A DNA stretch of 64,000 nt, taken from positions 61,264 to 125,263 of the IMG/VR virus record IMGVR_UViG_3300044667_000075. One strand, 5' to 3'. How positions within the stretch are numbered: the stretch's first letter is position 1; each line of letters opens with the position of its first letter. A program made the position numbers and the translations under genes. Origin of the DNA: a virus. Lineage: Duplodnaviria; Caudoviricetes. Shown piece by piece: positions 9,773 to 18,739 of the stretch. Under the pieces are notes generated by a model. The model was not told the origin of the DNA. It ran no database searches and saw only the letters and a list, made by a program, of their open reading frames with translations.

Positions 9773-11088
9773 GGATCGGCAGCGTTTGCAGCGGCTATGA
9801 GGGCATCGGCCTCGCCGTCCACGAAGTGCTGGGCGGCGAGCTCGCCTGGGTCGCGGACAACGATGAGGGGGCCTCGGCCATCCTGGCCCACCGCTTCCCC
9901 AGCGTGAAGAACCTCGGGGACATCACGGCCGTGGACTGGGCTGCGGTCGAACCCGTGGACGTGCTGACGGCAGGTTTCCCCTGCCAGGACGTGTCGCAGG
10001 CCGGTGCCCGCGCCGGGCTCCGGGCCGGCACGCGATCCGGTGTCTGGCTCGAAGTCGTCAAGGCCATCCGCGCGCTGCGCCCGCAGCTGGTCCTGATCGA
10101 GAACGTCCGCGGGCTGCTGACCGCTCGTGGCGACGAGCCTACCCCGGAGCACCTAGCCGCAGAGGCCGCCCGGGACCTGACCGTGAACCTGCTGGACTGG
10201 CTGGCGACCGCGGAGGCCGTCGCCAGGTCGAAGGGGGATGTGCGACGTGCCAAGCAATGCCGGGCGCGCACCGCTCGCGTCATGGGACTGCGAAAGCGGG
10301 CAGTGGCTCGATGCCAGTGGCATGAGCGGCGACTTGTTCGGGCAATCGGAACCGTTCTCGGGTCGCTGGCCGGTCTCGGGTTCGATGCGGAATGGTGTGT
10401 CGTCTCTGCCGCTGAGGCGGGGGCACCGCACAGGCGCGAGCGGGTATTCATCGCCGCCTGGCCTGCTGCCGACGCCGCGGACTGCGGACGGCCTGAACGA
10501 GACCATGGAAGTCACGCGGTCACGGCTGGACGGCGGCGCGCGGTGGCGGGGGACGATCGAGGAGGCCGTCTCGCTGCTGCCGACCCCGAACGCATCCGAT
10601 GTGAAGGGGGCGGGTCAGCCACCGGGACGGGTCAGGGACGGCCGGGAGCGCCCGGCGTCGGATGCGGACCTGCCGACAGCGGTCTCGCTCTTGCGGACGC
10701 CAACGTCGCAGCTGGCGACGAACGGGGGCTCGCAGCACCCGGACAAGCGGAAAGCGGGCGGTCATGGGCCGACGCTGGCGGACGAGGTGGAACACCTGCT
10801 GCCGACACCTGCGGCAAGGGACTGGAAGTCCGGCCAGTCAAACATCATGGACCGCAACGCCAGGCCGCTCAACGAGGTCGTGGAGATGACGCTCCTGCCG
10901 ACGCCGAATGCGACCGACAGCCAGGGCGGCCCGAGAGCGCTGCCAGAACGCCGGACGAGCCGGGGCAAGGATCACGGGCCGAGACTGCGGGATGTTGCCC
11001 CGGTGCTGTTGCCGACGCCGTGCGTGGCGGACGCGGAAGGCACTCGTGCGACGAGGGGGGGGGGACCGATCCGGCGAGCTACTGCTGA
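9769..11088 (+). CDS. DNA cytosine-5 methyltransferase, catalytic part (motifs I-VIII)
   Basis: SVCSGYEG (I), AGFPCQD (IV), IENV (VI), HRRERVFI (VIII); the frame closes shortly after a G10 tract. Confidence 0.9.
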   Translation: MRIGSVCSGYEGIGLAVHEVLGGELAWVADNDEGASAILAHRFPSVKNLGDITAVDWAAVEPVDVLTAGFPCQDVSQAGARAGLRAGTRSGVWLEVVKAIRALRPQLVLIENVRGLLTARGDEPTPEHLAAEAARDLTVNLLDWLATAEAVARSKGDVRRAKQCRARTARVMGLRKRAVARCQWHERRLVRAIGTVLGSLAGLGFDAEWCVVSAAEAGAPHRRERVFIAAWPAADAADCGRPERDHGSHAVTAGRRRAVAGDDRGGRLAAADPERIRCEGGGSATGTGQGRPGAPGVGCGPADSGLALADANVAAGDERGLAAPGQAESGRSWADAGGRGGTPAADTCGKGLEVRPVKHHGPQRQAAQRGRGDDAPADAECDRQPGRPESAARTPDEPGQGSRAETAGCCPGAVADAVRGGRGRHSCDEGGGTDPASYC

Positions 11089-11521
11089 CGGGGATAGCGC
11101 GGCAGGTATCAACCCTGCTGCCGACCCCGACTGCGATGGACTCTCGCGGGTCCAGGAACGCGACCTCGGGCAGGGGCAAGGGGGAAGCGTCGGAGCATCA
11201 CGACGGGTGGACCCTCATGGACGTGTTCTGGACTGGGGACCTTACGAGCTCGCCATCCGCCGCTGGGAGCACGCCACCGGCCGCCCCGCGCCACGCCCAA
11301 CTGAGCCTGGACGAACCGGAGAGCGCCTGAGCCCGGCCTTTGTCGAATGGATGATGGGTCTCCCTGAGGGATGGGTGACTGACGTGCCGGGGCTGTCCCG
11401 CAACGCGCAGCTGAAGGCTTTGGGAAATGGCGTGGTCCCCGCCCAAGCGGCTATGGCGTTGCGGATCCTGTTGGACCGCGCCGACATCCCGGCCCTTGTC
11501 ATCACTGAGGAGGTCGCATGA
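10238..11521 (+). CDS. overlapping MTase polypeptide: LLPTP repeats plus motifs IX/X
   Basis: Six LLPTP/LLRTP modules, then RLSPAFVEWMMGLPEGW (IX) and QLKALGNGVVP (X). Confidence 0.75.
   Translation: MCDVPSNAGRAPLASWDCESGQWLDASGMSGDLFGQSEPFSGRWPVSGSMRNGVSSLPLRRGHRTGASGYSSPPGLLPTPRTADGLNETMEVTRSRLDGGARWRGTIEEAVSLLPTPNASDVKGAGQPPGRVRDGRERPASDADLPTAVSLLRTPTSQLATNGGSQHPDKRKAGGHGPTLADEVEHLLPTPAARDWKSGQSNIMDRNARPLNEVVEMTLLPTPNATDSQGGPRALPERRTSRGKDHGPRLRDVAPVLLPTPCVADAEGTRATRGGGPIRRATADGDSAAGINPAADPDCDGLSRVQERDLGQGQGGSVGASRRVDPHGRVLDWGPYELAIRRWEHATGRPAPRPTEPGRTGERLSPAFVEWMMGLPEGWVTDVPGLSRNAQLKALGNGVVPAQAAMALRILLDRADIPALVITEEVA
11055..11064 (+). repeat. G10 homopolymer at the frame-switch point of the MTase
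   Basis: acga-GGGGGGGGGG-accgat; G9 would re-join both overlapping frames. Confidence 0.9.
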
Positions 11522-11648
11522 TGCGGCAGGCAGTACCCCCGTCACCCTCCCCGGTTCTCGGGCTTGCACCTGAGCCGGGACCAGCCGGGGGGACGCTCGA
11601 GCAGGGGGAACTGTTCGAGCTCGAGCACATCACCTCGAGGGCCGCCGC

Positions 11649-11819
11649 ATGAGCGCCGACATCATCGCCTGGCTCCGCAGCGACGAGGGCGAGAAATGGT
11701 CCAGGGATCACCACAACCGCCCGTCGGGGGTGCCGAACAGCCCGGTCATCATCGCCACTACGGGCGTCGTGGACCTGACTCAGGACCCGTGCGGGGGACC
11801 TCCCCTGGAGGCCGCATGA
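11649..11819 (+). CDS. hypothetical protein
   Basis: ATGA overlaps at both ends. Confidence 0.55.
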   Translation: MSADIIAWLRSDEGEKWSRDHHNRPSGVPNSPVIIATTGVVDLTQDPCGGPPLEAA

Positions 11820-12121
11820 GACTCCGCCAGGGACGGAAAGTCCCCCGCAACCTGTACCTCCACCAGGACGACGACCCGGACGGGGACGGCGTGGACGTGG
11901 GCCGGGTCGATCACTCCGCGGGACTCGCATGGCTGGTCTGCGTCGCGTTCAACGCCCTACCCGGGTGCGTGGAACTGTGCGACGAGGACTGCGAAGTCGG
12001 ACCAGCGCACTGCTACTGGGTCCACGAGCCCAGCCACAAGCCGGGATGGCACAGGCCGGACGAGTGCCCGTTCGCGCGGATACAGGCCACCCAGGCAGCG
12101 ACGGGAAGGGGTGGCGAATGA
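11816..12121 (+). CDS. hypothetical protein
   Basis: GGAGG RBS; RQGRKVPRNLY N-terminus. Confidence 0.7.
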   Translation: MRLRQGRKVPRNLYLHQDDDPDGDGVDVGRVDHSAGLAWLVCVAFNALPGCVELCDEDCEVGPAHCYWVHEPSHKPGWHRPDECPFARIQATQAATGRGGE

Positions 12122-12639
12122 ATGGGGTCTGGGTGACGAGCGGGCCGGGCCTGCCGTGCGGTGCGCGGAGGATGGGCGACGGCGTGCTCGGTCCCGCGCC
12201 GCCGGGCCGGACCTGGCTGGACGTGTGCATCCTGGGCCAGCACCTGCCGCAGATGTACCAGGACGGCGAACTGAACGACCTGACGGCGGAGGACTGCTCC
12301 CGGCTGGGCCTGTGCCCTGACTGCCTCGGGTTCGGCGACACGAACCCCGTGAAGCTGGGCGCAGGCGAGGCGCTGATGGCCGCCCGCGGCATCGACGAGA
12401 TGAAACGGCCGTGCCCGAACTGCGGCGGCTCGGGCCGCCCTGCGCTGCGTGTCACCGTCCGGCGCGACGCGTCCGGCGTCCAGGGCGGCATCCGGCCGCT
12501 GCCGCACGCCTACGTGCCGCCACTGGACGGCGCCGACCCTGAGTTCACTGCCCTGTTCGGCGCGGCGGAGGACATGTGCCTGGCGTGCGGGATGCCCCCG
12601 GACGGCACCGGGCCGCGAGGGGAGGCGCTGCACCCGTGA
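12118..12639 (+). CDS. Zn-finger (DnaJ-like CxxCxGxG) protein
   Basis: CPDCLGFG, CPNCGGSG, CLACG. Confidence 0.7.
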   Translation: MNGVWVTSGPGLPCGARRMGDGVLGPAPPGRTWLDVCILGQHLPQMYQDGELNDLTAEDCSRLGLCPDCLGFGDTNPVKLGAGEALMAARGIDEMKRPCPNCGGSGRPALRVTVRRDASGVQGGIRPLPHAYVPPLDGADPEFTALFGAAEDMCLACGMPPDGTGPRGEALHP

Positions 12640-13052
12640 AGGCCGTCATCTGCTCCTACGCCGGAGGCGTCCACATCCACACGCCGGGCGTGGACCGGTG
12701 GGAGATCTGCCAGTGCGGCAACGCCGGGGCGAGGTGGGAAGACCCGCAGGCCGGCCGCCTCATCGTCGCCTGCCGGCATGACCGTGACGCGGTGCGCGGC
12801 CTCGGGCTGAACAACCAGCTCCTGCTGCCTGCCCTCACGACGCGAGGGCAGGCGTGGGAGACGTTCCGGGAATGGCACGGCAAGGCCACCGACGCGCCCG
12901 GCTACGTGTTCGACAAGGCAAGGGCCGGATGCTGGGCCGTCGTGTTCCGTATCAGCTCTACCGGCGACACGAGGTGGGCTACTGAGGACGAGCGCGCGGA
13001 GTGCTTCCCTGTCTCACCGACTCCGGCAGCATCAACGGGAGGCACATCATGA
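12636..13052 (+). CDS. hypothetical protein
   Basis: GTGA overlap; GGAGG RBS. Confidence 0.7.
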   Translation: MKAVICSYAGGVHIHTPGVDRWEICQCGNAGARWEDPQAGRLIVACRHDRDAVRGLGLNNQLLLPALTTRGQAWETFREWHGKATDAPGYVFDKARAGCWAVVFRISSTGDTRWATEDERAECFPVSPTPAASTGGTS

Positions 13053-13133
13053 TGCCGTCCGTTTGCCGTGTGCCGCTGAGCGCGGCGAGATCAGCCGTCC
13101 CGCCTGGCGCGCTTCTCGGTAAGGCCCACGGCC

Positions 13134-13373
13134 TCAAACCTCGAGCGACTCGCCCTCGTGGTCACGCACCCAGTCGCGGTATGCCTGCTCGTAGGCGCGG
13201 ACCTGCTGCGGCCCGATGCCCATCTTCTTGGCGATCGTGGACTGCGACTCGGCCTTGCTCTCCCGGGCCCGGATCATCGCCAGCCCTAGTAGTGCCCGCT
13301 TGCGGGCAACCATGGCATTGGCCTGCTCGCGGGCCTCGTCAAGAGCCTGCCGCGCTTCGAGTACCTGTGTCAT
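13134..13373 (-). CDS. small HTH DNA-binding protein
   Basis: ESQSTIAKKMGIGPQQVRAYE HTH; GGAGGT RBS. Confidence 0.75.
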   Translation of the reverse strand: MTQVLEARQALDEAREQANAMVARKRALLGLAMIRARESKAESQSTIAKKMGIGPQQVRAYEQAYRDWVRDHEGESLEV

Positions 13374-13547
13374 GGCGCTGCTCACACCTCCACTATCGCA
13401 CGGTGCTCGTGCTGTACGACAGCACCGTTGCACATCAGCATAACCGATTGCGCTTAGCTGTGCATCACTATGGCTGCACATCTGCTATGGTGCTATACAT
13501 AGCAGGTGACTAGTGATCACCTGAGTTCCGGAAGGGACGGCCCTGCC

Positions 13548-14129
13548 ATGAGAGACAGCAGCATCCCAGCGATCCCGACCCTCTACTCCGGGGTGCTGTT
13601 CAGGTCCAGGACCGAGGCCAGGTGGGCGCGCTTCTGGGACGCGCTGGATATCCGGTGGGAGTACGAGCCGCAAGGCTTCGTCGCGGCCGGGATCCCCTAC
13701 CTCCCAGACTTCGCCGTGTTCCCGGCGCTCGGGCTGCTGTGGGTCGAGATCAAGCCCACGTGGCAGGCAGACCCGGACGGCGTACGCAAGTGGCGCGGCT
13801 TCGCCACGCGGCGCCCGCAGCGCGACCGGTCCCGCGCCGCCCTGTTCGCCGGCCCCCCCTCGCTTGAGGGTGACTACCTAGTCATCGGCGGCGATGACGA
13901 CCAGGACGACCCGCTCAAAGGCACCTGGGAAGATGACACCCAGCAGTGGCGCCCATGCGACAGCGGCCACCACTACGACCTCACCTACCCTGGGCTGTTC
14001 CGCGCCAAGTTCGTCCAGGACGGCTGCGAGGACCTGTTCGGCGGCTCCGGTGAGGACCGGCTCCGCAAAGCGGTAGAGGCCGCCTTGTCGGAGCGGTTCG
14101 ACGGCAGTGGCAGCGGAACGGTGGCGTAA
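13548..14129 (+). CDS. PD-(D/E)xK nuclease-family protein
   Basis: FRSRTEARWA...WEYEPQG...YLPDF...WVEIKP. Confidence 0.85.
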   Translation: MRDSSIPAIPTLYSGVLFRSRTEARWARFWDALDIRWEYEPQGFVAAGIPYLPDFAVFPALGLLWVEIKPTWQADPDGVRKWRGFATRRPQRDRSRAALFAGPPSLEGDYLVIGGDDDQDDPLKGTWEDDTQQWRPCDSGHHYDLTYPGLFRAKFVQDGCEDLFGGSGEDRLRKAVEAALSERFDGSGSGTVA

Positions 14130-14132
14130 GCC

Positions 14133-15056
14133 ATGCCGGCGGGGGAGCTTCACATCCAGCTCGCGGTCAACTTCCCGAACAACCCGAAGGTCCGCAGCCT
14201 GGTCCGCCACGGCCGCGACGTGAGGGCGCTCCGGGACCTGTACGTCGGGATGCTCCTGTACTGCAAGGGGTCACTGACGGACGGCTTCGTGCCCGACGAG
14301 CAGATAGGGCTGCTGGTCTACCCGGACACCGAGAAGAACGGGCAGCGGGACGCCGGGCGCCTGGCCGAGGCGGGGCTCTGCGAACGGGGTGTCAATGGCT
14401 GGCAGGTCACAGGGTGGTTCGACCGTAACCCGAGCCGGGCCGCAGTGGAGGAGAAGTCCGCAGCGAAGGCCCGCGGGGCCAAGCTTGCCAACCATCGCCG
14501 CTGGCACGTCGAGCAAGGCCACTTTGATGGCCGCTGCCAGTGGTGCCTGGCGGAGGTGGATCAGTACACCGATCAGACTACTGATCAGAACACTGATCGA
14601 AGTAGAGATCAGAGTACAGATCAGAACAGTGTCAGTAGCCGGATCGGTGCTGTGAAACGGTCTGACTCCACAGAGACAGAGTCAGAGACAGAGTCAGAGA
14701 AAGAAGAAAAACATCTTGGCCGGCCAGAGCCGGCCGGCAGCCGGATCGAACCTGGCTCAGACGACGATCCAGACTTCGCCGCGTTCTGGGAGGCATACCC
14801 GCGGAAGGTCGCCAAGGGCCAGGCCCGCAAGGCGTGGAAGACCGCGGTCGTCAAGCGGGGCGTAGACCCGAAGGTCGTCATCCTCGGCGCCGAACGCTAC
14901 CGCGACGACCGGGACCGGCTGTCACAGCCGATTAACTACACCAAGCACCCCGGCACATGGCTCAATGCCGAATGCTGGCTCGAACAGCAGGACGACGAGC
15001 AGGCCGGTAACGGCCAAGTCCGGTTCAGCTACCCGACCTCACCCTGGGCGAACTGA
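14133..15056 (+). CDS. RepA-like replication initiator
   Basis: NNPKV...LTDGFVP N-terminus; central low-complexity iteron region; FAAFWEAYPRKVAKGQARKAW...KHPGTWLN C-terminus; directly upstream of the helicase. Confidence 0.85.
   Translation: MPAGELHIQLAVNFPNNPKVRSLVRHGRDVRALRDLYVGMLLYCKGSLTDGFVPDEQIGLLVYPDTEKNGQRDAGRLAEAGLCERGVNGWQVTGWFDRNPSRAAVEEKSAAKARGAKLANHRRWHVEQGHFDGRCQWCLAEVDQYTDQTTDQNTDRSRDQSTDQNSVSSRIGAVKRSDSTETESETESEKEEKHLGRPEPAGSRIEPGSDDDPDFAAFWEAYPRKVAKGQARKAWKTAVVKRGVDPKVVILGAERYRDDRDRLSQPINYTKHPGTWLNAECWLEQQDDEQAGNGQVRFSYPTSPWAN
14559..14630 (+). repeat. 6 x 12-bp iterons (GATCAG-N6), probable origin
   Basis: GATC at 14559, 14571, 14583, 14595, 14607 and 14619, followed by ACAGAG/TCAGAG repeats and an A-rich tract to about 14711. 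Confidence 0.75.
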
Positions 15057-16720
15057 TGGCCGCCGACGTAGACGTGCTCCGCGAGATACTCCTGCCGAAG
15101 TTCAGCGAGCTGGGCCCCGTCAGGAAAACCGCCAACGGGTACGACGTGTGCTGCCCGGTCCACGGTGACGCCAAGCCGTCGCTGAGCATCGCCCGCGGGA
15201 AAACTCACCCTGTCGTCATGGACTGCAAGGTCAAATGCGCGACAGATGACATCCTCGCCAAACTCGGGCTCACCTGGGATGACCTGTGCGCGCCGCGGGA
15301 CCGCGAGCAGCGGCAGCAGCCGCGCGGCGAGTGGACCCCGCACGGCGAGGCCGTCGCCGTCTACAGCTACACCGACGAGACCGGAACCCTGCTGTTCCAG
15401 GTGTGCCGCACCGCCGACAAGCAGTTCCCGCAGCGGACCCCCGACGCCACCAAGAAAAGCGGGTGGCGGTGGACGCTCGGCGACACCCGCCGCGTCCTGT
15501 ACCGGCTCCCGAAGGTCATCGAGGCGGTCAGCAACGGCGAGATGATCTACATCTGCGAAGGCGAAAAAGACGTCCACGCAATCGAGAGCGCCGGGATGAC
15601 CGCCACCTGCAACCCTGGTGGCGCCGGCAAGTGGCGGGAGGAATACTCCGGGTTCTTCCGGGACGCCATCGTCGTGATCATCGCCGACCGGGACAAGCCC
15701 GGCCAGGCGCACGCCAGGCAGGTCGCGACCAGCCTGCGAGATGTCGCCAGGGCCGTCGAGATCGTGGAGCCAGCCGGCGAAGGCACCGTGGGCGGCCATG
15801 CCATCAAAGACGTTTCCGACCATCTCGCCGCAGGGTATGCCCTCCGTGACCTGGTGCTCACCTGGACTTCTGACGAGGAAGCCCCGGTGGACCTGGCCCC
15901 CGACCTGCACGAGTTCCTCGCCGGGACCGACCCGCCTTACGACTGGATCGTGGAAGGCATCCTAGAGCGCGGGGACCGGCTCGTCTGGACAGGCTTCGAG
16001 GGTCTCGGCAAGTCCGTGACCATGCGGCAGATAGCCATCGCCGCCGCGGCGGGCATCCACCCGTTCACCTGCGACCCGATGACGCCGCGCAAGGTGCTGT
16101 GGATCGACTGCGAGAACTCCGACCGTCAGGGGCGGCGGCACTTCCGCAAGCTCGAGCGCATCACCGTCGCGAAGGGCTGCCGGGTACCGGACGGCGGGAT
16201 GCGGCTCATCCACCGGCCCGAGGGCCTGGACCTGATGAGCGACGAGGGCGCCGCGTGGCTGCTCGAGCGCGTCACCGCGCACAAACCGGACCTGCTGTAC
16301 ATCGGCCCGCTGTACCGGCTGCACGACGGCGACATCAACGAAGAACGGGTGATGCGCCACATCGTCCGGACTCTAGACCAGGCCCGCGTCAAGGCCGACT
16401 GCGCGCTGATGGTCGAACACCACTCACCCCACGGTGAGGGGCTGAACCGCTCCGTGCGCCCGATCGGCTCGAGCCTGCTGCGCCGCTGGCCCGAACTCGG
16501 CTACGGCATCGCCCCGGCGACAGACGGCGACCCGTGCACGGAGGTGCGCGTGCTGCCATGGCGCGGCAACCGTGACGAACGGCACTGGCCGCGGTTCCTC
16601 TGCTGGGGCACTAAGGCGGACGACTTCCCGTGGATCGTCCCGCCTGATTCGGTCGCTGAGGCCGAAGGTGCGGTGCGGCAGTCATGGACCCCATCAGGAG
16701 CTATCGGAGGTGCGGCATGA
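15056..16720 (+). CDS. DNA primase/helicase (Zn finger, TOPRIM, RecA-type AAA)
   Basis: CCPVHGD; ICEGEKD...IIADRD; Walker A GFEGLGKS. Confidence 0.92.
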   Translation: MAADVDVLREILLPKFSELGPVRKTANGYDVCCPVHGDAKPSLSIARGKTHPVVMDCKVKCATDDILAKLGLTWDDLCAPRDREQRQQPRGEWTPHGEAVAVYSYTDETGTLLFQVCRTADKQFPQRTPDATKKSGWRWTLGDTRRVLYRLPKVIEAVSNGEMIYICEGEKDVHAIESAGMTATCNPGGAGKWREEYSGFFRDAIVVIIADRDKPGQAHARQVATSLRDVARAVEIVEPAGEGTVGGHAIKDVSDHLAAGYALRDLVLTWTSDEEAPVDLAPDLHEFLAGTDPPYDWIVEGILERGDRLVWTGFEGLGKSVTMRQIAIAAAAGIHPFTCDPMTPRKVLWIDCENSDRQGRRHFRKLERITVAKGCRVPDGGMRLIHRPEGLDLMSDEGAAWLLERVTAHKPDLLYIGPLYRLHDGDINEERVMRHIVRTLDQARVKADCALMVEHHSPHGEGLNRSVRPIGSSLLRRWPELGYGIAPATDGDPCTEVRVLPWRGNRDERHWPRFLCWGTKADDFPWIVPPDSVAEAEGAVRQSWTPSGAIGGAA

Positions 16721-16932
16721 ACGAGTGTTCCCGTCTCCCTGACCTGTGCCGGTGTGCCCTGGCCAGCCCGGCGACGATCGCCACGGCGGAACCGGTCCTG
16801 CCGTACCTCGTGGGCCCGGCGGTCAACGGGAGTCTTAAGGCCCGGTACTTGTGCACAGCGTGCGGCAGGCGGTGGGCCGTGTGGTGGGACCGTCGTGCTG
16901 CTGGCTGGCCCGAGCTTGGGAGCGCGGCATGA
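16717..16932 (+). CDS. Zn-ribbon small protein
   Basis: GGAGG RBS; ARYLCTACGRRW. Confidence 0.65.
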   Translation: MNECSRLPDLCRCALASPATIATAEPVLPYLVGPAVNGSLKARYLCTACGRRWAVWWDRRAAGWPELGSAA

Positions 16933-17162
16933 TCCCCGCTCCTCGCTGCGGTAAGCCCATGACACCCTACGAGCCCGCAGGCGGCCCCCCAGTCGTGGAC
17001 CCGGTGTGCGGCCGTCCCGAGGGCCACAATCCCCCCTGCAGGCGCGCGGACGCGGTGGAGCGCTACTACCGGGCCTCGGCTCGCCGCCTGATCGCCGTCC
17101 GGCGTGTCAATGGCCGCTGGTACGGCAGGCCAGGACAAGCCCCGGAAAGGCGGGCGGCATGA
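16929..17162 (+). CDS. hypothetical protein
   Basis: ATGA overlaps; CGRPEGH motif. Confidence 0.55.
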   Translation: MIPAPRCGKPMTPYEPAGGPPVVDPVCGRPEGHNPPCRRADAVERYYRASARRLIAVRRVNGRWYGRPGQAPERRAA

Positions 17163-17506
17163 ACGAGCCACACGGTGCCCATACGGTCGCCTGCTACGCC
17201 ATGGAGGAGCACGTCTGCCCGTCCTGCCACGTGGCGTCGGTCTTCCAGTACAGGCGCCAGTGCGGGCCGGACACGGCCCCGCTGTCCGAATGCCTCACGT
17301 GTGAGCTGGCCTGCCCGGACTGCCTGTCCGAGGTGCGGGTCACTGAAGGCGCGCGGGGCTACCGGGCACGCGTGATCCACACGGACTCCTGCCCGTGGTA
17401 CCGGCGCCACCAGGCCGGGCAGGTGACCGGGCCTGTGCCGTGCGGCACTGTCGTGGCGCACCGCGGGCCGTACAAAAAGGACCCGGAAGCGAGGCAGCCG
17501 CGATGA
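17159..17506 (+). CDS. Cys-rich protein
   Basis: Three CxxC motifs. Confidence 0.6.
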   Translation: MNEPHGAHTVACYAMEEHVCPSCHVASVFQYRRQCGPDTAPLSECLTCELACPDCLSEVRVTEGARGYRARVIHTDSCPWYRRHQAGQVTGPVPCGTVVAHRGPYKKDPEARQPR

Positions 17507-17727
17507 TCACCATCCTGTATCCGCGAGACGCCTGCCCTTCCCCGGACTGCGCCCCGTTCGACCGTGACCCGTGCCTCCCCCTGTGTGTTGAGCCCCTGGA
17601 GGGCGGTGGTGTCCTCGGCTCGTACGAGTGCGGGTGTGGTCTCGGGTGGCAGCGGGAGTTCGACCGGCACGGCTGGCAGGGCCCGGCGCTCATCGCGGAC
17701 ATGGCCGAGCGGAGGGCGGCGGCGTGA
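17503..17727 (+). CDS. Zn-ribbon small protein
   Basis: YECGCGLGW; coupled. Confidence 0.6.
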   Translation: MITILYPRDACPSPDCAPFDRDPCLPLCVEPLEGGGVLGSYECGCGLGWQREFDRHGWQGPALIADMAERRAAA

Positions 17728-17846
17728 TGCGATTCGCGTATGCAGACCCGCCGTACTTCGGCAAGTGCGGGAAGTACTACAAGCACTACCATCCGGACGG
17801 CCGGTGCTGGGATGACCTGCTCGTGGCGCAGGGGGTGCTGGTATGA
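17727..17846 (+). pseudogene. truncated amino-methyltransferase (DPPY) remnant
   Basis: MRFAYADPPYFG... stops after 39 aa. Confidence 0.6.
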
Positions 17847-18121
17847 GCGGCGCCGGTTTCTGCATCACCCCCGGCCACGAGGACCGCCCCGCCCGCCTGT
17901 ACCCGCACGGCGCGTACTGCGGGGGCTGCATCAAGCCGCCCCCGCCCGTCCCCCCGCCCCCGGCTGCCGTGGTACTGCCGACGTGCGCGGACTGCGGAAC
18001 CCCGATGGTCCCCCTGGGGCCAGGGCAGAGGTACCACCCGCTCTGCCAGCCGGCGGACGACCTGGACCCCCTGTTCAGGCGGTATGAGCGGCTGGCCCTG
18101 CGTGCGAGCAGGGCGGCCTGA
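17843..18121 (+). CDS. hypothetical Cys/Pro-rich protein
   Basis: ATGA overlap. Confidence 0.6.
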   Translation: MSGAGFCITPGHEDRPARLYPHGAYCGGCIKPPPPVPPPPAAVVLPTCADCGTPMVPLGPGQRYHPLCQPADDLDPLFRRYERLALRASRAA

Positions 18122-18153
18122 GACAGGACCAAACCATCAGCGAGGAGAAGACC

Positions 18154-18534
18154 ATGATCGGCACGAGAGCCACGGCGATAAGACGCAACTCCGGCTGCCT
18201 GCTGCTCGCCGTCGCGGCGGCAGTGGTGCTGGCCGCCATCGCGATCCCGTTCTGGCACTACGAGTACGGCACCCAGCGCACCGTCACGTTCACTGTCAAG
18301 AGCCTGGACGACCAGCCGAACGGTAACCGGGGCCACCAGTACCTGGTGTTCACCACGGACGGCCGGGTGTTCAAGAACACCGACTCGTGGCTGCACGGCA
18401 AGACGGATTCGTCCAGTGTGCAGGCCATGTTCACGCCCGGTGACACATACCGGTGCCCCGTGTTCGGGTTCCGGCTGTTCTGGGCCAGCGGCTACCCGGA
18501 CATCCTGGACGGCTGCAAGCAGGTCCAGCCGTGA
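18154..18534 (+). CDS. membrane-anchored/secreted protein
   Basis: N-terminal TM helix; QYLVFTTDGRVFKNTDSW motif common in phage membrane proteins. Confidence 0.8.
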   Translation: MIGTRATAIRRNSGCLLLAVAAAVVLAAIAIPFWHYEYGTQRTVTFTVKSLDDQPNGNRGHQYLVFTTDGRVFKNTDSWLHGKTDSSSVQAMFTPGDTYRCPVFGFRLFWASGYPDILDGCKQVQP

Positions 18535-18707
18535 CCTGGCTGAACTGGCGCCCTGCCGAGGACTGGGAGGAGCCCGTGGTCGCGCACGGCCTTGAATGCG
18601 AGCTCGACAAGGACCGGGCCCTGGTGTCAGGTGTCAAGTCCGAGCAGGAGCGGCCGGTCCCGGTCGCCGACCTGACGCTACCGGCCGTGTACGTCGACCG
18701 GGGCTGA
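18531..18707 (+). CDS. hypothetical protein
   Basis: GTGA overlap. Confidence 0.5.
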   Translation: MTWLNWRPAEDWEEPVVAHGLECELDKDRALVSGVKSEQERPVPVADLTLPAVYVDRG

Positions 18708-18739
18708 CCGGCTAGACCATCAGCGAGGAGAGAGGAACC

